A DNA stretch of 39,845 nucleotides, taken from a virus. How positions within the stretch are numbered: the stretch's first letter is position 1; each line of letters begins with the position of its first letter. The stretch lies in IMG/VR virus record IMGVR_UViG_3300006147_000054, one strand, 5' to 3'. This document shows positions 15,957 to 23,206 of this stretch, piece after piece. Under the pieces are notes generated by a model that saw nothing but the letters and a program-made list of their open reading frames with translations, ran no database searches and was not told the DNA's origin. The translations under genes and the position numbers were made by a program.

Positions 15957-16019
15957 TGCGTAAAGTATGCGTAAACCTTGCGTTCTGCTTGCGTGCAAAT
16001 CGTGTTAAATTGTTATTGT
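15957..16019 (+). promoter_or_regulatory. Candidate activator-dependent late promoter: four phased TGCGT boxes plus an extended -10
   Basis: TGCGT occurs at 15957, 15968, 15979 and 15990, exactly 11 bp apart. TGtTATTGT at 16011-16019 has no recognisable -35. Confidence 0.5.
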
Positions 16020-16145
16020 CGAAAGATTAGGTGGTAGGATCTTTCGACGACACCTCGATGATGCTATGAGTGCGGTTTTTCGAACTTAAAAATACTCCTT
16101 TCTAAAATTAATAGAAGATCTTGATTTGTGTAAGTACAAATTGAC

Positions 16146-16194
16146 TGACCGTCCTTGGTAGGCGTTAGCAGTCGTTCGATTCGGCTGGCGGTTA
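16146..16194 (+). ncRNA. tRNA-like module A (acceptor-like helix plus T-arm, no D or anticodon arms)
   Basis: TGACCGT pairs with GCGGTTA (two G-U pairs). The T-arm is CAGTCG-TTCGATT-CGGCTG at 16169-16187. Confidence 0.4.
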
Positions 16195-16277
16195 TAGCCC
16201 GAGACAGCGGGCTAATCGATGAGAGACGATAAAAAAAGACCTCTAATAAAATATTTCTCGTAGTTTCTTAATTATTC

Positions 16278-16308
16278 AAGTTAAGCAGGTTCAATTCCTG
16301 CTTGGCTT
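16278..16308 (+). ncRNA. tRNA minihelix-like hairpin (module D)
   Basis: Continuous 12-bp helix AAGTTAAGCAGG / CCTGCTTGGCTT, capped by the T-loop TTCAATT and closed by a G-C pair. Confidence 0.4.
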
Positions 16309-16463
16309 ATAGCACCTAAGCAGGTAGTCATTATCAGACTATTATGTGTAATAGTATGTAGCTTAGGTGCAACCTTCTATCGCCATGACCCCTCAACGGT
16401 TTCGAGGGAGAGCGTAGACTAAGAGCTGGTTATCTGTTCGCAGTGGACCGCAGCAGATACCGT

Positions 16464-16548
16464 GGGTAGAACGGAACACAATTTGGAATTAGAAAGAAGG
16501 CAATCTTCTTTCATAAATATCTAGCGAGGTTCGACTCCTTGCCTGCCC
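16464..16548 (+). ncRNA. tRNA-like module B (85 nt, non-canonical)
   Basis: GGGTAG pairs with CTGCCC in an acceptor-like closure. An 8-bp hairpin GAAAGAAG-GCAAT-CTTCTTTC sits where the anticodon arm would be. The T-arm is CGAGG-TTCGACT-CCTTG. No D-stem is visible. Confidence 0.35.
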
Positions 16549-16703
16549 GTTGCCTGTTGGAAAGCAGGCGTTAAGCAAATATACCTTGTCATGCAATATA
16601 TTTGCGTTTTATCCGTAATAGTAATGTACATTCACGAAAAATATATTACTTGTCGTTTAATTTACAGCATCTGGTTTAGCTCTGTGCCTTAACAGAGCAT
16701 TGT

Positions 16704-16810
16704 AGGATATAGCTAGCCATTGGTGAGCTAGGGTAGTGGCAATTCTACCGAGATATAGCTAAGTATGCCAGCAACGATTATCTCTTATTGGTTCGATTCC
16801 GGTGTATCCT
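16704..16810 (+). ncRNA. tRNA-like module C (107 nt cloverleaf-like, non-canonical)
   Basis: Acceptor AGGATAT/GTATCCT. D-arm CTAG-11 nt (with GG)-CTAG. Stem GGTAG/CTACC with the 8-nt loop TGGCAATT. A 6-bp extra arm GAGATA/TATCTC with a 23-nt loop. T-arm ATTGG-TTCGATT-CCGGT. Confidence 0.4.
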
Positions 16811-16915
16811 ATTGATTAGCTTTGTTCAATTATTATTAATCTCCGTGTGTTTCACCAAAGCTAATCTATTGGCAAAGTCCTAATTTGGACTAACATGTAT
16901 ATTAATCTCAAAATG

Positions 16916-16946
16916 TCAACTCTGTAACTTCGGAGTTGATTTTTTT
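16916..16946 (+). terminator. Strong intrinsic terminator ending the structured region
   Basis: TCAACTC / GAGTTGA stem (extendable), followed by seven T residues. Confidence 0.75.
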
Positions 16947-16971
16947 ATAATATTTTTTGAGGTGAATATAT

Positions 16972-17553
16972 ATGAATGAAGAGAAAAAAACTGTATGGGA
17001 AGATAGATTTGAAAAATTAGAAAAAAAGTTTACTGCCTTTGGTGAGAAGAGAAAAAATATAATTTATACCATTATAATAGCTGCATTTTTATTTTTTGGT
17101 AATTTTTTAATTTTTACATCACTAGAAAACTCTCAACAGGCTGGAAAGCAAAATTTTTGGATAGAAGATAGTATGATCTTTATATCCATTGCATTTTTCG
17201 TAAGTGCTATTGCACTTATTATTGTTCTTCTAGGTAATCCTCCACTAAAAGATTTATGCCTATCGATCTGTATTTTACTTAATTTAATGACCTTTGTAAC
17301 TTCTATACATGTTCCGAATCGATATTTATGGTGTACTCTAACTTGGGGTGTGACTGATTTAATTATTTCAAGATGGTTATTAATCAATATTTATAAAGCT
17401 AAAACACTTTTTACTATTACTGAAATAAAAGAAGTGCATAAATTTTCTGATAAAAATGTTGAAATAACCAAAAAACATTATCCGTTTTTATTTCCAATAA
17501 TAATAGCTTTAATAACTGCTCTAGGAACAATTATTGCAGCTTTACTAAAATAA
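16972..17553 (+). CDS. Polytopic membrane protein of unknown function, an AT-rich moron
   Basis: 193 aa with about five hydrophobic segments after a charged N-terminus. TATAAT at 16946-16951 and a GAGGTGA RBS lie upstream, and it has its own terminator downstream. It is visibly more AT-rich than its neighbours. Confidence 0.7.
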   Translation: MNEEKKTVWEDRFEKLEKKFTAFGEKRKNIIYTIIIAAFLFFGNFLIFTSLENSQQAGKQNFWIEDSMIFISIAFFVSAIALIIVLLGNPPLKDLCLSICILLNLMTFVTSIHVPNRYLWCTLTWGVTDLIISRWLLINIYKAKTLFTITEIKEVHKFSDKNVEITKKHYPFLFPIIIALITALGTIIAALLK

Positions 17554-17568
17554 ATTTGTATTATTGTA

Positions 17569-17598
17569 AGTCAGCATAAGCTGGCTTTTTATTTTTTT
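17569..17598 (+). terminator. Intrinsic terminator after the moron
   Basis: AGTCAGC-ATAA-GCTGGCT hairpin followed by TTTTATTTTTTT. Confidence 0.7.
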
Positions 17599-17623
17599 AA
17601 AATTAAGGTGGTGGTGAGATGTT

Positions 17624-18163
17624 TTGGAACGTAAGTTAACAGCTAAACAAAGGTTATTTTGTGATGAGTATATTAAGTCTGGAAATGCTAAAGACGCAGC
17701 TCTCAAAGCTGGATATTCTGCAAAAACAGCATATTCTATTGGTAATGAGAACCTGAATAAACCTGAACTTAAATCTTATATTGACGCTAAAATGGCTGAA
17801 ATTGAGTCTCATAAAATTGCTGATGCTAAAGAAGTGTTGGAATTCTACACGAAAGTACTCCGAGATGAAGTTGTTGAAGAAGTTCCAATGTCCACTGCCG
17901 ACAATGTGGTTGTAATTAAAAAGAAACCTTCTTTCAAAGACAAAATTACAGCTTCAAAAGAAATTATGAAGCGATATCCATTAGTTGATCCTATTGAGAA
18001 GCAAAAACTTAAAAAACTTATTGCAGATACTCGTATATCAGAAGCAAAGGCTACGGTTGCTGAACGTTTAGGTAGTGAAAACACTGAACAACTTGATGAT
18101 TTAATTAATAAACTTGTAGGAGAAGAAAAGAAAGATGGGACTAGATCAGATCCTAACTCATAA
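17624..18163 (+). CDS. terS: Terminase small subunit
   Basis: The N-terminus LTAKQRLFCDEYIKSGNAKDAALKAGYSAKTAYSIGNENLNKPE is the typical Terminase_2 signature. TTG start after GGTGGTGAG. Confidence 0.85.
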   Translation: MERKLTAKQRLFCDEYIKSGNAKDAALKAGYSAKTAYSIGNENLNKPELKSYIDAKMAEIESHKIADAKEVLEFYTKVLRDEVVEEVPMSTADNVVVIKKKPSFKDKITASKEIMKRYPLVDPIEKQKLKKLIADTRISEAKATVAERLGSENTEQLDDLINKLVGEEKKDGTRSDPNS

Positions 18164-19364
18164 ACAAAAACAAGTGCTTCATTCATATTTACATGATGAT
18201 TGGAAAATTATGATCTTATCCGGCGCTTTCAGAGCTGGTAAAACAGTAATGAATAATTATATCTTTGTGATGGAGCTAAAACGTATTGCTAAGCTTGCCA
18301 AGAGTAGAAAAGATCCACATCCTCAATATATTTTGGCAGGGTATAGCTCTAATTCCATTTACACTAACGTTATCAGTGCGATTGAGTCGTATTTTGGTAT
18401 CACGATGAAAACTGATAGACATGGACATTATCATTTGTTTGGAGTAGATATAGTGCCATCTTACACAGGATCAATCCGTGGGGTTGGATCAATTCGTGGT
18501 ATGACAAGTTACGGTGCTTATATAAATGAAGCAAGTTTATCTACTCATGACGTCTTTCAAGAAATATTACAACGTTGTTCTATTGAAGGGGCACGTATTA
18601 TTTGTGATACCAACCCTGATATACCAACGCATTGGCTAAAAACAGATTATATTGATAACCCAGATCCTAAAGCACGCATTAAATCTTTTACTTTTACTAT
18701 TGATGACAACACCTTTTTATCAAAGGATTATGTCGAATCAATTAAAGCAGCAACCCCTAAAGGGATGTTTTATGATCGGGGTATTTTAGGACAATGGGTT
18801 ACAGGTGATGGTATTGTTTATAGAGATTTTGATAAAGACAAAATGGTTATCTCTAGGGAACAAGTTCCAGATGATTTAGAGTATTACGTTGGCGTTGACT
18901 GGGGTTATGAACACCCTAATCCGATCATTCTTCTTGGTGATGATAAGGACGGTAATACGTATGTGCTAGCTGACTACACACAGAAACATAAATTCATCGA
19001 TTATTGGATAAGGATTGCGAAGAACTTGCAGGCAAGTTTTGGACGCAACCTTATTTTTTATGCTGATTCTGCTCGCCCTGATAACGTAAATGAATTTCAA
19101 TCTAATGGTATTAACTGTATAAACGCCAATAAGAATATCATGCCGGGAATTGAGTGTGTGGCTAGAAAAATGCGTATCGGTCAATTTTATGTGGTCGATA
19201 CAGCAGCAAGTGGATTACTAGAAGAAGTTTATCAGTATGCTTGGGACGACAAAACAGGTTTGCCACTCAAAGAAAATGATGTAAGACACAATGACCGACT
19301 AGATGCTATTAGATACGCAATTTACAGTAGAAATAAGAAGGGAGGTTTCGTGCCTTGGAATTAG
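18135..19364 (+). CDS. terL: Terminase large subunit (PBSX/Terminase_3-like)
   Basis: 409 aa with the Walker A-like motif SGAFRAGKT. Follows terS and overlaps it. Confidence 0.85.
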   Translation: MGLDQILTHKQKQVLHSYLHDDWKIMILSGAFRAGKTVMNNYIFVMELKRIAKLAKSRKDPHPQYILAGYSSNSIYTNVISAIESYFGITMKTDRHGHYHLFGVDIVPSYTGSIRGVGSIRGMTSYGAYINEASLSTHDVFQEILQRCSIEGARIICDTNPDIPTHWLKTDYIDNPDPKARIKSFTFTIDDNTFLSKDYVESIKAATPKGMFYDRGILGQWVTGDGIVYRDFDKDKMVISREQVPDDLEYYVGVDWGYEHPNPIILLGDDKDGNTYVLADYTQKHKFIDYWIRIAKNLQASFGRNLIFYADSARPDNVNEFQSNGINCINANKNIMPGIECVARKMRIGQFYVVDTAASGLLEEVYQYAWDDKTGLPLKENDVRHNDRLDAIRYAIYSRNKKGGFVPWN

Positions 19365-20764
19365 AAGCGTTAAAAAAATTAATCCAGAACACTTCTTCAA
19401 GTCGTAATGATTTGATTAATAACTACAAACAAGCAGTGAATTATTATGAAAATAAGACTGATATCACTACCAGAAACAACGGTAAAGCTAAGCTTAATAA
19501 GGAAGGTAAAAAAGACCCATTAAGAAGTGCTGATAATCGCATTCCATCAAACTTTTATCAGTTGTTAGTAGACCAAGAAGCAGGGTATGTTGCTTCTGTC
19601 TTTCCTGATATTGATATAGGGAAAGATGCGGACAACAAGAAGATCTTAGATGTTTTAGGCGATGATAAAGCTTTAACGCTCAACAGTTTGTTAGTAGACA
19701 GTTCAAATGCTGGTCGAGCTTGGTTGCACTACTGGATTGATGACGACAACAATTTCAGATATGGCATTATCCAACCTGATCAGATCACGCCTATCTATGC
19801 GACAACGCTTGATAATAAATTGCTTGGTGTACTTAGAAGTTATAAGCAGTTAGACCCAGAAGATGGTAAGTACTTCACAGTTCATGAATATTGGACCGAT
19901 AAAGAAGCACAATTCTTCAAGACAAGTACAACTAACAGCGAAATCATTGAGCCTTACAACATTATTACTTCTTACGATTTAAGTGCTGGTTATGAAACAG
20001 GACAGTCAAACACCTTAAAACACAACTTTGGACGTGTTCCTTTTATCGAATTTCCTAAAAATAAGTACAGATTGCCTGAGCTTAACAAGTATAAGGGCTT
20101 AATTGATGCTTACGATGATATCTACAACGGGTTTATCAATGATCTCGATGATGTTCAGACTGTAATTCTTGTCTTAACCAATTATGGCGGTGCTAGCTTA
20201 AAGCAGTTCATGAACGATTTAAGAGAGTATAAGTCCATTAAGATTAACAACGCAGGCAACGGTGATAAGAGTGGCGTTGATAAGCTACAAATTGACATTC
20301 CTGTTGAAGCCCGTGACGATGCACTTAAGATAACCCGTGATAACATTTTCTTGTTTGGGCAAGGAATTGATCCAGCCAACTTTGAAAGTTCAAATGCTTC
20401 TGGTGTAGCAATCAAAATGCTATATTCTCACTTAGAATTAAAAGCAGCTAAGACGCAAACTTATTTTGAACACGCAATTAACGAGCTTGTCCGTGCGATT
20501 ATGCGATATCTCAACTTTTCAGATGCTGACAAGCGTCATATATCACAACATTGGACGAGAACTAAGGTAGAGGATAGCTTAACTAAGGCTCAGATCGTCT
20601 CTACAGTAGCCAATTACAGTTCAAAAGAGGCAGTTGCTAAAGCAAATCCTATTGTTGATGATTGGCAACAAGAACTGAAAGACTTAGCCAAAGATAGACA
20701 AGAAAATGATCCCTATGCTGAAGATTTAAACGGCACAGGCGTACAAAACAACAATGAAGAGTAG
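19355..20764 (+). CDS. Portal protein (SPP1 gp6-like)
   Basis: 469 aa directly after terL. TTG start with GGGAGG upstream. Size and position are typical. Confidence 0.8.
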   Translation: MELEALKKLIQNTSSSRNDLINNYKQAVNYYENKTDITTRNNGKAKLNKEGKKDPLRSADNRIPSNFYQLLVDQEAGYVASVFPDIDIGKDADNKKILDVLGDDKALTLNSLLVDSSNAGRAWLHYWIDDDNNFRYGIIQPDQITPIYATTLDNKLLGVLRSYKQLDPEDGKYFTVHEYWTDKEAQFFKTSTTNSEIIEPYNIITSYDLSAGYETGQSNTLKHNFGRVPFIEFPKNKYRLPELNKYKGLIDAYDDIYNGFINDLDDVQTVILVLTNYGGASLKQFMNDLREYKSIKINNAGNGDKSGVDKLQIDIPVEARDDALKITRDNIFLFGQGIDPANFESSNASGVAIKMLYSHLELKAAKTQTYFEHAINELVRAIMRYLNFSDADKRHISQHWTRTKVEDSLTKAQIVSTVANYSSKEAVAKANPIVDDWQQELKDLAKDRQENDPYAEDLNGTGVQNNNEE

Positions 20765-22673
20765 TGAATACTGGAAAAAACGTGCTTTATTTGCTAAAAA
20801 AAAGCAACTAGAAGCGTCAGCAGACTATGAAGCTGCTATGCAGTCACGCCTAAGAAAGTTAGAGCATGATATCGAAAAAGAGGCGTTAGGATACTTACAA
20901 AGATATGCTAATGAGAACCATGTAGGGCTTAAACAGGCTGCTAGCGTCTTGGGTAATATCAACTCAACTAAGTGGTCTATGACCCTAGAAGAGTTTGAAA
21001 GAAAAGCCAAAGCTGGTGGCTATGAGAAAGAATTAAATGCTGAATACTACAAGAGTCGCATATTTAGACTTCAACAATTACATGAACAGATGGTTGAGTT
21101 TTCTAAAAAGTACGGCATGGCTGAACAATTGCGAATGCAAACAGGCTTAGCTAAACAGTATCAGAACAGTTACTATTTAGATGCTTACAACAAGTATCGT
21201 GCTACTGGTCAATTAGATATCAAACTAAATCACTTTAACGAACAGCAACTAGAAAACATTGTTTATCGACCTTGGAAAGGTAGTGATTTCAGTAAGCGTA
21301 TTTGGAAAGAATACACGGAAGTCCTACCTGATGAGTTAACCGATGCACTTTTAAGAGGTACTTTGTTTGGTTACTCTCCAAGCAAAGTCGTTAGAATGAT
21401 GCGAGACAGATTCCAAAAAGTTTCCGAAAGAGATTTACATAGACTAGTTATCACTGAGATGGGGCATACTGCAGAAGAAGCTACAGCTCAGTTTTATAAA
21501 GACAGTGATATTGAACAGTATCAGTATTTAGCAACATTAGAAAGTCATACTTGTGACCAATGCGCCCACTTAGATGAGCGCATTTTTAATGTCAAAGATA
21601 AAAGAGAAGGAATTAATTATCCGTTAATTCATCCCTATTGTAGATGTACCACAGTTCCATATGACAAAAACTTGCCAGATATTGAAACACGTTGGAGTCG
21701 TGATCCTGAAACTGGTAAAGGGCATTATGTATATCGCAATGCGTTGAGCTATAGAGACTGGAAAAAGATTAGTAATGTTAAAATTCTTAGTCTAAATATG
21801 TTGCCTAGTCTTAATGCTCCAAGAAAGAACAAATTTGTACCCAAGACTTTGAAACATATTCATGATGTTAGTATTTCTGATTACATTGAGCAAAGATGGG
21901 CAGAAAGGCCAACATCAATGCCGCCAACTGCTGAAACAAGAAAAGCAGTAAAAGATAATATTACAAAGCAACTGAATAAAATAGCAGAACTTAGTTCATT
22001 ACCAACTGTTGATGTTCGAATGAGAGTTAAAGCTGAAAATTTAGAGAGTGTTTTAAATAATGGATTTAAAAATCAATTTGAAACTAATACTAGTGGTGGA
22101 ACGCTAAATACTTCATATAGAAAAGAAGCTACTGAGAAATTATTTAATATCCCTAAAAAAGACGTTGATAAATTCAAACCATCAGACTTTGAAAAGTATG
22201 GTTATCTATGGGATCACAGAGAAAATGAGCCAATAGACAACGCATTAAACCAATACGGTGATGTTATTATAGTTTTTAAAAAGGACATCAAAACTAAAAC
22301 TACTTACTTTCATGGAGATAGCTTAGGTATTAAAGGGTCATTAAATCAAAGCTTAAACAGGACAGCAAAAATAGGTGAGCCTAACCCTTCATATCTAAGA
22401 AACTTGTGGCGTTTTGATGCTGACGATGGTTCTAGAATGAAGCAAAAAGTTTGGAATGATCCATCACGCAAGTTGAGTAAGGATTATACTAGTATTAACC
22501 AGTTCATTAAAAATAAAGCTAAGGATTATACCGAAGCTCAAATACATGGTAAATTAACAGTAGATAGCATTGACTATCTTGAAATACCAAAAGACAAGTT
22601 AACTAATTCACTAGTGAAGAAATTGAAAGAATCAAATATAAAATATAAAGTACGAGGTGACAGCAATGATTAA
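20754..22673 (+). CDS. MuF/SPP1-gp7-like head morphogenesis protein fused to an unassigned C-terminal domain of about 335 aa
   Basis: The MuF core ends at HTCDQCAHLD...YPLIHPYCRCTTVPY (aa about 165-303). Residues 304-639 have no domain I can name and are more AT-rich. Confidence 0.8.
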   Translation: MKSSEYWKKRALFAKKKQLEASADYEAAMQSRLRKLEHDIEKEALGYLQRYANENHVGLKQAASVLGNINSTKWSMTLEEFERKAKAGGYEKELNAEYYKSRIFRLQQLHEQMVEFSKKYGMAEQLRMQTGLAKQYQNSYYLDAYNKYRATGQLDIKLNHFNEQQLENIVYRPWKGSDFSKRIWKEYTEVLPDELTDALLRGTLFGYSPSKVVRMMRDRFQKVSERDLHRLVITEMGHTAEEATAQFYKDSDIEQYQYLATLESHTCDQCAHLDERIFNVKDKREGINYPLIHPYCRCTTVPYDKNLPDIETRWSRDPETGKGHYVYRNALSYRDWKKISNVKILSLNMLPSLNAPRKNKFVPKTLKHIHDVSISDYIEQRWAERPTSMPPTAETRKAVKDNITKQLNKIAELSSLPTVDVRMRVKAENLESVLNNGFKNQFETNTSGGTLNTSYRKEATEKLFNIPKKDVDKFKPSDFEKYGYLWDHRENEPIDNALNQYGDVIIVFKKDIKTKTTYFHGDSLGIKGSLNQSLNRTAKIGEPNPSYLRNLWRFDADDGSRMKQKVWNDPSRKLSKDYTSINQFIKNKAKDYTEAQIHGKLTVDSIDYLEIPKDKLTNSLVKKLKESNIKYKVRGDSND

Positions 22674-23061
22674 GGTTTTAGCTAAAAATAAAGAACAATA
22701 TATCATTGCAATTGATTACCGTTTATATTTCGTAGACAAAAACAATAACGTATATTCAATTAGTTCAATAAAATCTAGCCTTAGACTTGATAATTTTAAA
22801 TATGGAGATTTTACTAGTGAATATTCTGAAGAAAAACTTCAAAGTATTAGAATTAAAACTAAAAAGTTTGATCCTGAATTTGATCAATATAAAAAAGATG
22901 TTATGGAAGATGGCAATATGACTGAAGACCAGTTTAACTTATTCGTAAAAAAAGGTTATGAACAGGATTTAGCCAGCTTTAATGAAATATGTGGTAAAGA
23001 AATATTCCATAATATGAAAGTTGACAGTGCTTGGGTTAATAAGTATTTAGATTATTTGTAG
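22666..23061 (+). CDS. Hypothetical 131-aa protein, a candidate immunity or partner protein of the MuF C-terminal domain
   Basis: The ATG at 22666 is preceded by GAGGTG and overlaps the MuF stop by 8 nt. It is followed by a terminator. Confidence 0.55.
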   Translation: MIKVLAKNKEQYIIAIDYRLYFVDKNNNVYSISSIKSSLRLDNFKYGDFTSEYSEEKLQSIRIKTKKFDPEFDQYKKDVMEDGNMTEDQFNLFVKKGYEQDLASFNEICGKEIFHNMKVDSAWVNKYLDYL

Positions 23062-23084
23062 GATTTAAAAATTGATAATTGATT

Positions 23085-23123
23085 AGAGAAATATTGCTTA
23101 TTACAGTATTTCTCTTTTATTTT
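23085..23123 (+). terminator. Intrinsic terminator after the MuF cassette
   Basis: Perfect 9-bp stem AGAGAAATA / TATTTCTCT followed by TTTATTTT. Confidence 0.65.
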
Positions 23124-23206
23124 GTCCTGAGTAAGACATTAAACTACTCTTTTTGTATGCCCTTATGAGAGGCGAACTCGTATAAAACGTGTGAAAGGAT
23201 AGAACA

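Larger units (their letters stand above)
16020..16946 (+). ncRNA. Candidate large structured phage ncRNA (about 0.9 kb) with tRNA-like modules; class undetermined (GOLLD-like, ROOL-like or new)
   Basis: No credible ORF. There are many perfect local helices, for example 16018-27/16039-48, 16195-16214, 16312-21/16361-70, 16575-83/16597-16605, 16679-85/16692-98 and 16814-24/16856-66. It contains four T-arm hairpins and is bounded by a candidate promoter and a strong terminator. Confidence 0.55.

Noticed and set aside
16146-16810. Calling the T-arm modules ordinary tRNA genes
   Set aside because: None folds into a standard cloverleaf. Faults include a missing D-arm or anticodon arm, 5-nt or 8-nt anticodon-position loops, no U8, and an oversized extra arm. 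I list them as tRNA-like ncRNA elements instead.
21996-22328. Assigning the MuF C-terminal domain as an ADP-ribosyltransferase from R / NTS / ENE residues
   Set aside because: The spacing and sequence context of the putative R-STS-ExE triad are not convincing. I leave it unassigned pending profile and structure searches.
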